A stretch of 64,000 nt of DNA from Desulfuromonadales bacterium (GTDB taxonomy: Bacteria; Desulfobacterota; Desulfuromonadia; Desulfuromonadales; BM103), in NCBI GenBank assembly GCA_030145205.1, contig JAQYVZ010000008.1, forward strand, positions 15,978 through 79,977, given 5' to 3'. Position numbers and translations under genes: made by a program. Positions 26,703 to 37,851 of the stretch are shown here, piece by piece; the first letter of the stretch is position 1; each line of letters begins with the position of its first letter. The notes below the pieces were generated by a model. That model had not been told where the DNA came from. It did no database searches and saw only the letters and a list, made by a program, of their open reading frames with translations.

Positions 26703-27152
26703 ATGCCTGCGGAACTTCTACGTAGCAAGTTCGAATGCTTTGAGGATTTCCAGCTGCCGGAGTTGACGAATATCCTGTCGTTTTGTGAACGGGTTTCAGT
26801 ACCGGCCGGCGAAGTACTTTGGACCGAAGGGTACGGCGAAAACTACGCGGCCTTTATCCTTGACGGCAAGCTTGGTATTAAAAAGGAAACCGAATTTCGC
26901 GGTAAGTATGTGATGATCGGGGTCTATACGGCTGGATCGGTCGTCGGCGAACTCTGTCTCCTGACCGACAAACCGCGTACCGTGTCAGCCGAAGTGATCG
27001 AGCCGGTTGATATGGTGGTGCTACACAGCAACAAGTTCGAGGAGTTGATCGAACAGCACCCCAAGATCGGGCTGCGCCTGCTCAAACATATCTTTCTGAG
27101 CACGTCAAAGCGGCTGACCAAGTCGTATGAGAGAATCGCCTCGATGTTCTAG
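26703..27152 (+). CDS. cyclic nucleotide-binding domain protein
   Basis: 149 aa with a cNMP-binding beta-roll signature (GSVVGELCLLTDKPRTVSAEV). Confidence 0.75.
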   Translation: MPAELLRSKFECFEDFQLPELTNILSFCERVSVPAGEVLWTEGYGENYAAFILDGKLGIKKETEFRGKYVMIGVYTAGSVVGELCLLTDKPRTVSAEVIEPVDMVVLHSNKFEELIEQHPKIGLRLLKHIFLSTSKRLTKSYERIASMF

Positions 27153-27227
27153 GCGGGGGCTGTTCTGGCGCTCAGAAACATGGGCTGAGCACCTTAGATT
27201 TACATGAGCCTGTAGATGCCTTTTCGC

Positions 27228-27256
27228 TTGACAGTTCTGGAGGGATGGGCTATATA
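27228..27256 (+). promoter_or_regulatory. sigma70-type promoter
   Basis: TTGACA, 17-nt spacer, TATATA. Upstream of the tRNA(CAT) and tilS. Confidence 0.5.
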
Positions 27257-27323
27257 AAGTGGCCCTTGCGCGAACCGTTGCGAGGCTGAGGCGTTAAGCT
27301 TCTAATTTTGATGGAAAATTTCC

Positions 27324-27400
27324 GGCGGTGTAGCTCAGCTGGTTAGAGCATGCGGCTCATATCCGCAGTGTCCGGAGTTCGAATCTCTGCACCGCCACCA
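27324..27400 (+). tRNA. tRNA with CAT anticodon (elongator Met, or Ile2 modified to lysidine)
   Basis: Cloverleaf: GGCGGTG acceptor stem, GCTC/GAGC D stem, TGCGG-CTCATAT-CCGCA anticodon arm, TTCGAAT T-loop, encoded CCA. Confidence 0.85.
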
Positions 27401-27511
27401 TTTATAGTCAGCCCCTCTGTCGGTATCGACAGGGGGGTTTGTCGTTTCAGGACTGGTTGACGCCGCGGATTCTGCTGTATTCTCATTCTTCTCTTCGGTA
27501 TCCTGTTTGAC

Positions 27512-28894
27512 ATGTCTGATCTTGCTTCTCGATTCCAGTCCGCACTTACTGCCAGCGGGGCGATCCTGCCTGGCAGCCGGGTTCTCATTGCGGTGTCCGG
27601 CGGCGCCGATTCCGTGGCGCTGCTGCTCTTGATGCAGGCGGCCTCCGACCCCTTGAATCTGCATCTCGAAGCCGCCCATCTGGATCATGGCCTGCGCCCG
27701 GAGAGCGTTGCAGACGCACAGTTCGTACAAGAGCTCTGCGCGCAGTTCAAGGTTCCGTTGGTAGTGGAGCGGCGTGATGTTGGTCGGTTGGCGAAAGAAA
27801 ACAAGGGGAACCTGGAGGAAGTAGCACGTGAGGAACGACGGGCGTTCCTGGAGATGACGGCACAGCGGCTCGACTGCGACTGGATTGCTCTTGGCCATCA
27901 CCGAGACGACCAGGCTGAAACGGTGCTACTGCGCCTGCTGCGTGGTGCCGGTCCGGGCGGTTTAGCCGGGATGCACGTGCCGTCCGGACGCTTCGTTCGG
28001 CCGCTGCTCGATTTTGACCGCGCCGACCTGCAGGCGTTCCTGTCAGCACGGGGCGTTGCCTGGCGTGAGGATACGACCAACCGCGACCTGCGGCTGACCC
28101 GTAACCGAATTCGTCACGAACTCCTGCCACTGCTGCAGAGTTTTAACCCGCAGATTGTGCCACGGCTGGATGATTTGAGCCGCCTGTTGGCAGACGATGA
28201 AGCTTATTGGGAAGAAGTCCTGCAAAGGCTGCTGGGTGAGTCCCTGCAAGCGGAGTCGATCGGCTTCAGTCTGCCCCGGAAGGTCTTGCTGGACGCAGCG
28301 CCGGCCCTGGCTGGACGGCTGGTGCGCGCGGTGCTTGCGAAGGCGCGTGGTGATTTGCGACGTATCGAGCGCCAGCATGTGACCAAAATCCTGATGCTGG
28401 CGCGTAGCGACCGGCCGCAGGCCGAACTCCATCTGCCCTCAGGATGGGTGGCTCGCCGCTACGAACGGCTGCTGTTTGCGAAGAGCTCGCCAGTTTCAGC
28501 CGCCCCCTTCGATCCGGTGTGGGTCGAAGAGCCGGGGGTCTTCCCTCTGCCAGACGGCCGCTACCTGTCGGTGGCTCTGTGCGAGCGGGAAAAGGGGGAG
28601 AGCCCGACCGCTGCTGAGTTTGATGCGGCCGAGGTGCCTTTCCCCTTGCAGGTTCGGACCATGTTGCCGGGCGACCGGCTGTATCCGGCTGGCATGACCG
28701 GCAGCAAGAAATTGCAAGACCTGTTTGTCGATCTCAAACTGATCCGGGAGCGGCGGGCTGTACAGCCTCTGGTGCTTTGTGACGACGCGATTCTCTGGGT
28801 TGTTGGCCTGCGGCGCTGTCGTGAATTCCGACCGCAGGGTGCCGGTCGGCAGGTGCTGCGTCTTGAGGTCGTCCATGGTGATCTGTCGCTCTGA
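27512..28894 (+). CDS. tilS: tRNA(Ile)-lysidine synthase
   Basis: PP-loop motif VLIAVSGGADS and GHHRDDQAET are present. Conserved position upstream of ftsH. Confidence 0.9.
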   Translation: MSDLASRFQSALTASGAILPGSRVLIAVSGGADSVALLLLMQAASDPLNLHLEAAHLDHGLRPESVADAQFVQELCAQFKVPLVVERRDVGRLAKENKGNLEEVAREERRAFLEMTAQRLDCDWIALGHHRDDQAETVLLRLLRGAGPGGLAGMHVPSGRFVRPLLDFDRADLQAFLSARGVAWREDTTNRDLRLTRNRIRHELLPLLQSFNPQIVPRLDDLSRLLADDEAYWEEVLQRLLGESLQAESIGFSLPRKVLLDAAPALAGRLVRAVLAKARGDLRRIERQHVTKILMLARSDRPQAELHLPSGWVARRYERLLFAKSSPVSAAPFDPVWVEEPGVFPLPDGRYLSVALCEREKGESPTAAEFDAAEVPFPLQVRTMLPGDRLYPAGMTGSKKLQDLFVDLKLIRERRAVQPLVLCDDAILWVVGLRRCREFRPQGAGRQVLRLEVVHGDLSL

Positions 28895-29045
28895 ACCCGC
28901 TGCCAGCCAGCTAGGTTTTCCCGCGTCAATTTCCAGACAAAACTGCTTGTAAGCGTCTCACCGTTGTGGTAATATTCCATCCAATTTTCTATCTGTAACC
29001 ACCCTATTTTGCTGAAGTTTTTTCATCGATAGTTCAGGAGGTCCT

Positions 29046-30965
29046 GTGAATCAGTTTTACAAGAACATTGCGCTCTGGCTGGTTATCTCTCTGGTGATGA
29101 TCATGCTGTTCAACATGATGACCGAAAAAGATCGTGGTGAGCAGCCGATTTCCTACACGACGTTCCTGGCGGCGGTTGATGAAGACCGGGTTGCCGAGGT
29201 CACGATCCAGGGGTCAGATATTCAAGGTAAATTCATCGACGATACCGCGTTTACCACCTACGCACCGGATGATCCCGAGCTGATCGTTATGCTGCGAGAT
29301 CGGGGCGTCGTGATCGAAGCCATGCCCGGTGACGATCCTAGCTTCTGGATGACCCTACTGGTCTCCTGGGGGCCGATCCTGCTGCTGATCGCCGTTTGGG
29401 TGTTCTTTATGCGGCAGATGCAGTCGGGCGGCGGCAAAGCCATGAGCTTTGGTAAGAGCCGCGCCAAGTTGTTGAGTGAATCCCAGACCAAGATCATGTT
29501 CAGTGATGTCGCCGGGATTGATGAAGCCAAGGATGAATTGGAAGAGGTTGTTTCCTTCCTGAAAGACCCGAAGAAATTCTCCCGGTTGGGCGGCCGTATC
29601 CCGAAAGGGGTTCTGCTGGTCGGACCTCCCGGAACGGGCAAGACCCTGCTGGGCCGCGCCATTGCCGGCGAAGCGGGGGTCCCGTTCTTCTCTATCTCCG
29701 GTTCTGATTTCGTGGAGATGTTCGTCGGCGTCGGTGCGAGCCGCGTCCGCGACCTGTTCGTACAGGGTAAGAAGAACGCTCCCTGTATTATTTTCATCGA
29801 CGAGATCGACGCTGTGGGTCGGCATCGTGGCGCCGGCATGGGTGGCGGTCACGACGAACGTGAGCAGACCCTGAACCAGCTTCTGGTGGAGATGGATGGT
29901 TTTGAGTCAAACGAAGGCGTCATCCTGATCGCCGCTACCAACCGACCCGACGTGCTTGACCCGGCGCTGCTGCGGCCCGGTCGTTTCGATCGCCAGGTGG
30001 TGGTACCGCTGCCGGATGTTCGCGGTCGTTCCAAGATCTTGCAGGTCCATGGCCGCAAAGTTCCCCAGAGTGACGATGTTGAGATGGAAGTGTTGGCCAA
30101 AGGGACGCCCGGTTTCTCCGGGGCTGATCTGGAGAATATGATCAACGAAGCCGCCCTGCTGGCGGCTCGTGCCGATAAGAACGAGGTCAGCATGGAAGAC
30201 CTCGAGCGGGCCAAGGACAAGGTAATGATGGGGACCGAGCGGCGCTCCATGGTGATCACCGACGAAGAGAAAAAGGTGACGGCTTATCATGAGGCTGGTC
30301 ATGCTCTCGTGGCCCTGCTGATACCGGGGGCCGACCCGGTCTACAAAGTGTCGATCATCCCACGTGGCCGCGCCATGGGCGTGACCATGTATCTCCCGAC
30401 AGAGGAGAAATACAACGAGACCAAGAAGGGTCTGAATATCCGGATTTGTACCCTGTTGGGTGGCCGGATTGCCGAAGAGATGACCTTTGAAAGCGTTACC
30501 AGCGGTGCTTCCAATGACCTGGAACGGGCCACCGCGATTGCCCGCAAAATGGTCTGTGAGTGGGGTATGAGCGACAAGCTTGGCCCGCTGGCTTATGGCG
30601 AAAAAGAAGGCGAAGTTTTCCTCGGTCGTGATTATGGTCATGTCAAGAACTACAGCGAGGCGACAGCCAATGCGATCGACGAAGAAATCCGGGAAATTGT
30701 CGAAACGAATTATGCCCGGACCACGCAACTTCTCAAGGATAACGGTGAAGCCCTGATCCGTATTTCTGAAGCCTTGCTGGTGCGGGAGAACCTGGATGGT
30801 GCAGAGGTCGTGGCGCTGGCAGACGGGACGATGGATGTGCCTGATGCGGCTGAACCGGTGAGTGAAGCGCCTGCTGCTGAAGTTGTTGCCGCTACGGAGC
30901 CAGTGCCAGAGGAGGCCGCACCAGAGGCCGCCGGCATTGATGAGGAAGGCAACGCCGAAGCCTGA
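29046..30965 (+). CDS. ftsH: ATP-dependent zinc metalloprotease FtsH
   Basis: Walker A GPPGTGKT, an SRH region and the HEAGH zinc motif are present. AGGAGG RBS; GTG start. Confidence 0.96.
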   Translation: MNQFYKNIALWLVISLVMIMLFNMMTEKDRGEQPISYTTFLAAVDEDRVAEVTIQGSDIQGKFIDDTAFTTYAPDDPELIVMLRDRGVVIEAMPGDDPSFWMTLLVSWGPILLLIAVWVFFMRQMQSGGGKAMSFGKSRAKLLSESQTKIMFSDVAGIDEAKDELEEVVSFLKDPKKFSRLGGRIPKGVLLVGPPGTGKTLLGRAIAGEAGVPFFSISGSDFVEMFVGVGASRVRDLFVQGKKNAPCIIFIDEIDAVGRHRGAGMGGGHDEREQTLNQLLVEMDGFESNEGVILIAATNRPDVLDPALLRPGRFDRQVVVPLPDVRGRSKILQVHGRKVPQSDDVEMEVLAKGTPGFSGADLENMINEAALLAARADKNEVSMEDLERAKDKVMMGTERRSMVITDEEKKVTAYHEAGHALVALLIPGADPVYKVSIIPRGRAMGVTMYLPTEEKYNETKKGLNIRICTLLGGRIAEEMTFESVTSGASNDLERATAIARKMVCEWGMSDKLGPLAYGEKEGEVFLGRDYGHVKNYSEATANAIDEEIREIVETNYARTTQLLKDNGEALIRISEALLVRENLDGAEVVALADGTMDVPDAAEPVSEAPAAEVVAATEPVPEEAAPEAAGIDEEGNAEA

Positions 30966-31876
30966 TGGGCGATCCTGCTGCTGAGTCTCCGCCTGCGACG
31001 GCTTTGAAGGTCGCCGCACCCTGCGGGCCGGGATACCTGCTTGGACGGGATTGTCGGCTCGAACTTGACCAGCCGCGCATCATGGGCATTCTGAACGTCA
31101 CGCCCGATTCCTTCTCGGACGGGGGCGACCATCAGCACCTTGACGCCGCCGTGATGCGGGCCCGCCAGATGGTGGCGGAAGGTGTCGATCTGATCGATAT
31201 CGGTGGGGAAAGCACCCGCCCCGGGGCGGGTGCCGTTTCGGTGCAGCAAGAGCTCGACCGGGTTTTGCCGGTACTTGAGTCTCTGCAGGGCGCAATCGGG
31301 GTTCCCCTTTCCATAGACACGAACAAGAGCGAGGTCGCCCGCGCCGCTATGGCGCAGGGGGCAGCGTTTATTAATGATATCAGTGGTTTGACCTTTGATT
31401 CAGAGATGGCCCGGGTCGTTGCTGAGACGAACGCGGGCCTGTTTGTCATGCATACTCGCGATCGTCCCGAGCGGATGCAGGCCGATACCATGTATGCTGA
31501 TCTGTTGAGCGAGGTGATTGAAAGCCTGCGTTCGAGCGTGCAGGTCGCACTGGATGCGGGTGTGGCACCCGACCGGATTGCTGTCGATCCTGGTATCGGT
31601 TTCGGTAAGGATTACGCCGGCAACCTGCTTCTGCTCCGTCGATTGGCGGATCTGGGGATTCTGGACCGGCCGATCCTGCTCGGGACTTCCCGGAAAAGTT
31701 TCCTGGGAAGGATTCTGGGGCTTGAAGAACCGCGGCAGCGTTTGTCAGGTACCCTGGCAACGGTTGCTCTTGGTGTGGCCGCGGGAGCGAGTCTCTTCCG
31801 GGTGCATGATGTGGCTCCGGCCCGCGAAGCGGCCTTGACGGCCTGGGCGATTTGCCAACCTGCCGGAGATGTTTGA
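30965..31876 (+). CDS. folP: dihydropteroate synthase
   Basis: MGILNVTPDSFSDGG, DIGGESTRPG and GTSRKSF motifs are present. The start may lie downstream of 30965. Confidence 0.9.
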   Translation: MGDPAAESPPATALKVAAPCGPGYLLGRDCRLELDQPRIMGILNVTPDSFSDGGDHQHLDAAVMRARQMVAEGVDLIDIGGESTRPGAGAVSVQQELDRVLPVLESLQGAIGVPLSIDTNKSEVARAAMAQGAAFINDISGLTFDSEMARVVAETNAGLFVMHTRDRPERMQADTMYADLLSEVIESLRSSVQVALDAGVAPDRIAVDPGIGFGKDYAGNLLLLRRLADLGILDRPILLGTSRKSFLGRILGLEEPRQRLSGTLATVALGVAAGASLFRVHDVAPAREAALTAWAICQPAGDV

Positions 31877-31910
31877 CGGTTCAATGAAACGATCGATGAG
31901 GTGAGCGGCG

Positions 31911-32690
31911 ATGTTCGAATTCCTGACACATTTTCGGTGGCTGCTCGACCTGTTCGATATCCTGCTGGTTGCCTTTATCCTCTACCGGATCATTTTGCTG
32001 ATCAAGGGTACACGGGCCGTACAGATGCTGGTTGGCCTGGCTGTATTGCTGCTGGTTTATGTCGGATCCCAGGTTGGTGAACTCTATACGCTGAACTGGC
32101 TGCTCGAAAATTTCCTTTCTTCAATCATTCTCGTTATTGTTGTTATCTTCCAGAACGATATCCGCCGTGCCCTGATCCACGTCGGACGTAATCCTTTTTT
32201 TGCGGACCTGTCGCTGAGCGAAGAAACCAAGGTGATCGATGAACTGGTGCGCGGCAGCGTGGCGTTGGTACAAAAACGCTTCGGTGCTCTGTTGGTCATC
32301 GAACGGGAGACCGGTATCAACGACTTCCTGGAAGTCGGGGTCGAGCTGGACGCCAAACCTTCAAGTGAGTTGATCAACACCATCTTTCACCCTTCTTCAC
32401 CGATTCATGACGGCGCCCTGGTCGTGCAGCAGGGCCGCCTGGCCCGTGCCGGCTGTTTTTTGCCGTTGACCCAGAGCCTGGAGATTAGCCCGCGCCTCGG
32501 TACGCGCCATCGGGCGGCAATCGGTTTGACTGAGCTGGTCGATGCCGTGGTGATCGTCGTTTCGGAGGAGACCGGCAAGGTGTCGGTGGTGGTCGGTGGT
32601 AAAATGACCCGCAATCTCGATGGCCCGCGACTGAAGAAAGTGCTGTCGCGTCTGCTGGAGCCGCGTCGGACGAAAGGGCGGAAAAACTGA
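31911..32690 (+). CDS. cdaA: diadenylate cyclase (c-di-AMP synthase), membrane-anchored
   Basis: Three N-terminal TM segments. DAC domain motifs are HDGALVV and GTRHRAAIGLTE...VIVVSEETG. Confidence 0.9.
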   Translation: MFEFLTHFRWLLDLFDILLVAFILYRIILLIKGTRAVQMLVGLAVLLLVYVGSQVGELYTLNWLLENFLSSIILVIVVIFQNDIRRALIHVGRNPFFADLSLSEETKVIDELVRGSVALVQKRFGALLVIERETGINDFLEVGVELDAKPSSELINTIFHPSSPIHDGALVVQQGRLARAGCFLPLTQSLEISPRLGTRHRAAIGLTELVDAVVIVVSEETGKVSVVVGGKMTRNLDGPRLKKVLSRLLEPRRTKGRKN

Positions 32691-32692
32691 TC

Positions 32693-33385
32693 ATGTTTGC
32701 CAAGCTGACCAATAACTGGATTCTCAAGCTGATCTCCCTTGCCTTTGCAGTGGTGCTCTGGTTTTTCGTGATCGGCGAGCGCAAGCTGGAGGTCTCCTAT
32801 ATCGTGCCGCTCGAATACCAGGATCTGGCGGAAGAAATGATCATCGCCAACGAGATACCAAGTTCCGTTTCGGTGCGCATTTCAGGGCCGCGGGCTCTTC
32901 TGATGAACCACAGCGCGGGAGATGTCAGCATCGCCGTCGATCTCAAGGACCTGCCTGCCGGGATTACCTCATTCAAACGGCTGGAGGAGAGTCTGAATAT
33001 TCCATCCGGCCTCAAGGTGACCCGGATCGCTCCGTCCTATGTGGACGTCAAGCTGGAGCGGATTCGTGAGAAGACCGTGCCGGTGCGGGTGGTCCTGGCG
33101 GGGAACCCGGTCGCTGGTGTGCGCATCAAGAAGGTTCAGGCGGAGCCGGCGCGAGTGGCGGTGGCCGGGGCCGGCAGTGAATTGAAGGCGGTCACTGAAG
33201 TGACCACCGAAGCGATCGAATTGAACGGTGTCCGTGAGAGTTTTTCGCAGACCGCGCCAATTGATTATCCGGGCATCTATACCTATCTCAAAGAACAAAA
33301 AACGGTGGAAGTCGAGGTCTTGCTGGAACTGGACCCGGACTTCAAACCGGTGGAAGCAGAAGAGGGAGAAACACCCCAATCATGA
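32693..33385 (+). CDS. cdaR: YbbR-domain protein (CdaA regulator)
   Basis: N-terminal TM segment plus repeated YbbR-like beta modules. Conserved cdaA-cdaR-glmM order. Confidence 0.75.
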   Translation: MFAKLTNNWILKLISLAFAVVLWFFVIGERKLEVSYIVPLEYQDLAEEMIIANEIPSSVSVRISGPRALLMNHSAGDVSIAVDLKDLPAGITSFKRLEESLNIPSGLKVTRIAPSYVDVKLERIREKTVPVRVVLAGNPVAGVRIKKVQAEPARVAVAGAGSELKAVTEVTTEAIELNGVRESFSQTAPIDYPGIYTYLKEQKTVEVEVLLELDPDFKPVEAEEGETPQS

Positions 33386-34737
33386 CGAAACAACTTTTTG
33401 GCACAGATGGTGTGCGGGGCGTTGCCAACGTCCATCCGATGACGACCGAGATCGCCATGCAGATCGGTCGCGCGGCGGCCTATCAGTTCAAGCAGGCTGA
33501 CCGGCGCAGCCGGATCGTGATCGGCAAGGACACGCGCCTGTCCGGTTATATGATCGAAAACGCCCTCGCCGCAGGCATCTGCTCCATGGGCGTCGATGTC
33601 CTGCTGGTCGGGCCGCTGCCGACGCCGGGTATTGCCTTTATTACGGCGTCGATGCGTGCCGATGCCGGCGTGGTCATCTCAGCATCGCACAACGCCTATC
33701 AGGATAACGGCATCAAGTTTTTCGCCCGCGACGGCTTCAAGCTGCCGGATGAGAAGGAGCTGCAGATTGAGGAGCTGATTCTTTCCGGCAAGATCGATGA
33801 TCTGCGCCCGACGGCGGCCGAGGTCGGCAAGGCCTTCCGGGTGGACGATGCGGTTGGCCGCTATGTGGTGTTCCTGAAAAACACGTTCCCGCGGCATCTC
33901 GACCTTACGGGTCTGAAAATTGTTCTTGATTGCGCTCACGGCGCCGCCTACCGGGTGGCCCCATCGGTCTTGGAAGAGTTGGGCGCGGAGGTGTTCGCTT
34001 ACGGTGTGACACCCAATGGGACCAATATCAATAAAGATTGTGGGTCGACGCACCCGGAGCTGATCGCTGCGGCGGTGCGCGAACATGGCGCAGATCTCGG
34101 TATCGCCCTGGATGGCGATGCAGACCGCTGCCTGTTCGTCGATGAAAACGGCCGGGAGGTGGACGGCGACCATGTGCTCGCTATCTGCGGGATCCAGATG
34201 CTGCAGCAGGGCAAGCTGCCGCACAAGACCGTAGTGGCGACTGTGATGTCGAACATGGGGCTGGACCTGGCTCTGCGTGAGGCTGGCGGCAGGGTCGTCA
34301 AGACTGCGGTCGGCGACCGTTACGTGGTCGAAGAAATGCGTCGTCAAGGCTGTCTGCTGGGCGGCGAGCAGTCTGGTCACATGATCTTTCTGGAATACAA
34401 CACCACTGGCGACGGCGTTTTGACCGCCCTGCAAATCCTGGCGATTATGCAGGAGACCGGCAAGCCGCTTTCCGAGCTGGCCGCTGTGATGACCTCTCTG
34501 CCCCAGACTCTGGTCAATGTCCGGGTGCGGGAGCGCCGCAACATTAATGACATTCCGGCGATTCGCCAGGTGATCGACGCTGTCGAACAGCGCCTCGGCG
34601 ACCAAGGGAGGGTGCTGGTTCGCTATTCAGGCACCGAGCCGCTGCTGCGCATCATGCTCGAGGGCCCGGACCAGGACGATATCGCCGGCATGGCTGCCGA
34701 AATCGCCGCCGCCGTCAAACAGCATCTGGGAGAGTAG
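33382..34737 (+). CDS. glmM: phosphoglucosamine mutase
   Basis: Begins LFGTDGVRG. Active-site [13 protein letters not shown] and DGDADR motifs are present. Confidence 0.95.
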   Translation: MTKQLFGTDGVRGVANVHPMTTEIAMQIGRAAAYQFKQADRRSRIVIGKDTRLSGYMIENALAAGICSMGVDVLLVGPLPTPGIAFITASMRADAGVVISASHNAYQDNGIKFFARDGFKLPDEKELQIEELILSGKIDDLRPTAAEVGKAFRVDDAVGRYVVFLKNTFPRHLDLTGLKIVLDCAHGAAYRVAPSVLEELGAEVFAYGVTPNGTNINKDCGSTHPELIAAAVREHGADLGIALDGDADRCLFVDENGREVDGDHVLAICGIQMLQQGKLPHKTVVATVMSNMGLDLALREAGGRVVKTAVGDRYVVEEMRRQGCLLGGEQSGHMIFLEYNTTGDGVLTALQILAIMQETGKPLSELAAVMTSLPQTLVNVRVRERRNINDIPAIRQVIDAVEQRLGDQGRVLVRYSGTEPLLRIMLEGPDQDDIAGMAAEIAAAVKQHLGE

Positions 34738-34742
34738 AGCTT

Positions 34743-35462
34743 ATGTCGAGACTTGGAGTGAACGTCGATCATGTCGCGACCATTCGTCAGGCCCGCGGCG
34801 GGAGTGAGCCGGACCCGGTCACGGCTGCTGCCCTGGCTGAGTTGGCGGGAGCCGACGGCATCACCATTCATTTGCGCGAGGACCGCCGGCATATCCAGGA
34901 TCGGGATGTAATGCTGATGAGACGGACCATTCAGACCCGTCTCAACCTGGAAATGGCGGCTACTGAAGAGATGGTCGGGATCGCTCTCAAGGTCGTCCCA
35001 GAAAGCGTGACGCTGGTCCCTGAAAAGCGCCAGGAATTGACCACCGAGGGGGGGCTGGATGTGGTTCGTCACCAGCAGGCGCTCGCCCCGCAGATCGAAT
35101 TGCTTCGGCAGGCCGGCATTATGGTGAGCCTGTTTGTCGACCCCGACGTGGAGCAGATCAAGGCGTGCGCCCGGGTCAAGGCGGATTACATTGAAATCCA
35201 CACCGGGGCCTATTGCGAAGCCAAGGGTGCCCGGCAGGCTGAGGAGCTCACCAAGATCGAACAGGCGGTAACAATCGGCGGTAAGCTCGGTCTGGGCGTC
35301 AACGCCGGCCACGGGCTGAATTACCAGAATGTGACGGCCGTGGCGCGGCTCAAGGGGATCGACGAGTTCAATATTGGCCACAGTATTATCTCCCGGGCGG
35401 TGTTTGTCGGCATGGAGAGAGCGGTTCGTGACATGCTTGAGCTGTTGCGCGGGGCCTGCTGA
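34743..35462 (+). CDS. pdxJ: pyridoxine 5'-phosphate synthase
   Basis: [25 protein letters not shown] and NAGHGLNY motifs are present. Confidence 0.94.
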   Translation: MSRLGVNVDHVATIRQARGGSEPDPVTAAALAELAGADGITIHLREDRRHIQDRDVMLMRRTIQTRLNLEMAATEEMVGIALKVVPESVTLVPEKRQELTTEGGLDVVRHQQALAPQIELLRQAGIMVSLFVDPDVEQIKACARVKADYIEIHTGAYCEAKGARQAEELTKIEQAVTIGGKLGLGVNAGHGLNYQNVTAVARLKGIDEFNIGHSIISRAVFVGMERAVRDMLELLRGAC

Positions 35463-35845
35463 TGGCAATCGCGGGGCTCGGCACCGACCTGGTGGAGACC
35501 ATCAGGTTCCAACGCTATATCGAGGACAACAAGCAGGCTCTACTGGAGCGCCTGTTTACCGAATCGGAACGTGCCTACGCGCTGCAGAAGTTTGACCCTG
35601 CGCCCCATCTGGCTGCCAGGTTTGCCGCCAAGGAAGCTTGCCTCAAGGCGTTCGGCACCGGCTTGCGCGGCGGGGTACGCTGGCTGGATATGGAAATCGT
35701 TCCGGATGAACTGGGCCGCCCCCGGCTGGAGCTGGTCGGACGAGCCGCCGACATGGCAGCCGAGCGCAACGTCGCCACGGTTCATCTGTCCTACAGTCAT
35801 GACGGCGGTTACGCTGTTGCCACGGTTGTCCTGGAGACGCCATGA
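35462..35845 (+). CDS. acpS: holo-[acyl-carrier-protein] synthase
   Basis: GLGTDLVE, FAAKEA.KA and HLSYSHDG motifs are present. ATGA-type overlap with pdxJ. Confidence 0.9.
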   Translation: MAIAGLGTDLVETIRFQRYIEDNKQALLERLFTESERAYALQKFDPAPHLAARFAAKEACLKAFGTGLRGGVRWLDMEIVPDELGRPRLELVGRAADMAAERNVATVHLSYSHDGGYAVATVVLETP

Positions 35846-37395
35846 AGCTCTTAAGTGCAGCGCAGATGCAGGAACTGGATCGCCAGACCATCGAGGATGT
35901 CGGCATCCCCGGAGTGGTCCTGATGGAGAATGCCGGGCGGGGTATGGCCGAACATATCATTGAACGGTTTGTGTCACTCAAGCCTGGCCCCGTACTGGTG
36001 TTGGCCGGCAAGGGCAACAACGGTGGCGATGGTTATGTGATCGCCCGACACCTGATTGAGTCGGGCTGGCAGGTGGTCAGCCTGGTGCTGGCTGCCCGCG
36101 ATGCGATTCAGGGAGATGCTGCCGTCAACCTGAATGTGCTGGAGGCGTGCGGCGGCCGGGTCCTGTTTGCCACTGACGTGGCCGCTCTCGAGCAGGCTTT
36201 AGCGCAACAGACGGAGACCAGTCTGGTGGTCGATGCCTTGTTCGGGACCGGTCTGACCAAGCCGGTTGCCGGCCTCTATGCGGAAGCAATCAGCTGGATC
36301 AATCGCTCTCCATCCGCCGTCGCGGCAGTCGACATCCCCTCCGGAATCGACGCATCAACTGGCCAGATTCTTGGTCAATGCGTCTCAGCGGATCTGACCG
36401 TGACTTTTGCTTTCCCGAAAACCGGCCAGGTCAGCTATCCCGGAGCCGGTTTTGTCGGTGAGCTGGTTGTGGTCGATATTGGTATTCCGTCGAAAGTTGC
36501 CTCGCAAGTGGGCGACGAAAGCCTTTTTGTGACGCGGCAGGAAGCGCGCAGCATGCTGCCTGTGCGACCGCAGGATGGTCACAAGGGAACCTTCGGGCAT
36601 CTGCTGGTTGCGGCCGGTTCGGTTGGTAAGAGTGGTGCCGCGGTGATGACTTCGGAGGCGGCCCTGCGCGGGGGCTGTGGTTTGACGACTCTTGCCTGCC
36701 CGGCGACTGTCCAACCGGTGGTCGCCGCCCGGTTGACCGAGGTGATGAGTGCGCCCTTGGCCGATGTCGATGGGGAAGTCTGTTTGCAGGCGCTGCCAGA
36801 TTTGCAGGCCCTGACCTCTGAGAAACAGGCTGTCGCGATCGGCCCCGGCTTCGGCCTGGGCGAGCAGGCTGCCGAAGTGGTGCGCCGTCTGCTGGCTGAG
36901 TGCCCGCTGCCGATGGTGGTTGATGCAGACGGGTTGACAGCACTCGTCGGTCACCTGAAGCTCCTGGAAACCCGCCAGGCATCACTCGTGTTGACTCCGC
37001 ATCCCGGTGAGATGGCGCGCCTGGCGCAAATCCCGATCAGCGAGGTCCAGGAAAACCGGGTCGTTGTCGCCCGGGATTTTGCCCTGCGCTACGGGGTGGT
37101 CCTGGTCCTGAAAGGGGCTCGCACCGTAGTTGCCCTGCCGGATGGCCGCATCCGGATCAATGCCAGCGGTCATGCCGGTATGGCCAGCGGCGGCATGGGC
37201 GATGTTCTGACCGGCTTGATCGGCAGCTTCCTTGCCCAGGGGCTGGAGGCTGATCGGGCAGCGGTGCTGGCGGTCTTTCTGCACGGCCATGCGGCAGACC
37301 GGTTGGTTGCCGTCCATGGTGATGCCGGCCTGTTGGCTGGCGATCTGATTGCCGAACTGCCTGCGGCTCGCCAGGCTTTGAATCGAGAGGAATAA
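35842..37395 (+). CDS. nnr: bifunctional NAD(P)H-hydrate epimerase / ADP-dependent dehydratase
   Basis: YjeF_N domain (GKGNNGGDG) and a C-terminal carbohydrate-kinase domain (GSVGKSGAAVM, GGMGDVLTG). Confidence 0.9.
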   Translation: MKLLSAAQMQELDRQTIEDVGIPGVVLMENAGRGMAEHIIERFVSLKPGPVLVLAGKGNNGGDGYVIARHLIESGWQVVSLVLAARDAIQGDAAVNLNVLEACGGRVLFATDVAALEQALAQQTETSLVVDALFGTGLTKPVAGLYAEAISWINRSPSAVAAVDIPSGIDASTGQILGQCVSADLTVTFAFPKTGQVSYPGAGFVGELVVVDIGIPSKVASQVGDESLFVTRQEARSMLPVRPQDGHKGTFGHLLVAAGSVGKSGAAVMTSEAALRGGCGLTTLACPATVQPVVAARLTEVMSAPLADVDGEVCLQALPDLQALTSEKQAVAIGPGFGLGEQAAEVVRRLLAECPLPMVVDADGLTALVGHLKLLETRQASLVLTPHPGEMARLAQIPISEVQENRVVVARDFALRYGVVLVLKGARTVVALPDGRIRINASGHAGMASGGMGDVLTGLIGSFLAQGLEADRAAVLAVFLHGHAADRLVAVHGDAGLLAGDLIAELPAARQALNREE

Positions 37396-37398
37396 AGC

Positions 37399-37848
37399 AT
37401 GCTGACTGCCCGAGATATTATGACAACCGAGGTCCATAGCGTCCTCGAAGATACGGACATCAAGGAACTGGCCAAGCGCTTTGTCGCATCGCAGGTGACC
37501 GCCATGCCGGTTCTCGATGCCGCTGGCAAGCTGGTCGGAATGGTCAGTCAGACCGACTTGGTCGAACAGGACAAGCCGCTGCATATCCCAACAGTGATTT
37601 CCCTGTTTGATTGGGTCATTTACCTGGAAAGCGAAAAGAGTTTTCAGGACCAGGTCGAAAAAGTTACGGCCCGCAAGGCGGGCGATATCTGCACACGCGA
37701 GCCGGTGACCTGTTCGCCGGAAACTCCGCTGAACGAGATTGCCCGCCTGATGGTTGACAATAAGGTCCACCTGGTACCTGTGGTTGAAGAGAACCAGCTG
37801 CTCGGCGTGGTGGCCCGGCTCGACTTGATCCGGAGCATGGGAGACTGA
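37399..37848 (+). CDS. CBS domain pair protein
   Basis: Two CBS-like repeats (ARDIMTTEVHSV...MPVLD...GMVSQTDL and ICTREPVTCSP...VPVVE...GVVARLDL). Confidence 0.8.
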   Translation: MLTARDIMTTEVHSVLEDTDIKELAKRFVASQVTAMPVLDAAGKLVGMVSQTDLVEQDKPLHIPTVISLFDWVIYLESEKSFQDQVEKVTARKAGDICTREPVTCSPETPLNEIARLMVDNKVHLVPVVEENQLLGVVARLDLIRSMGD

Positions 37849-37851
37849 CGC

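Noticed and set aside
27335-27901. 188-aa minus-strand ORF.
   Set aside because: It overlaps the tRNA(CAT) gene and the 5' end of tilS in antisense, and has no supporting signals.
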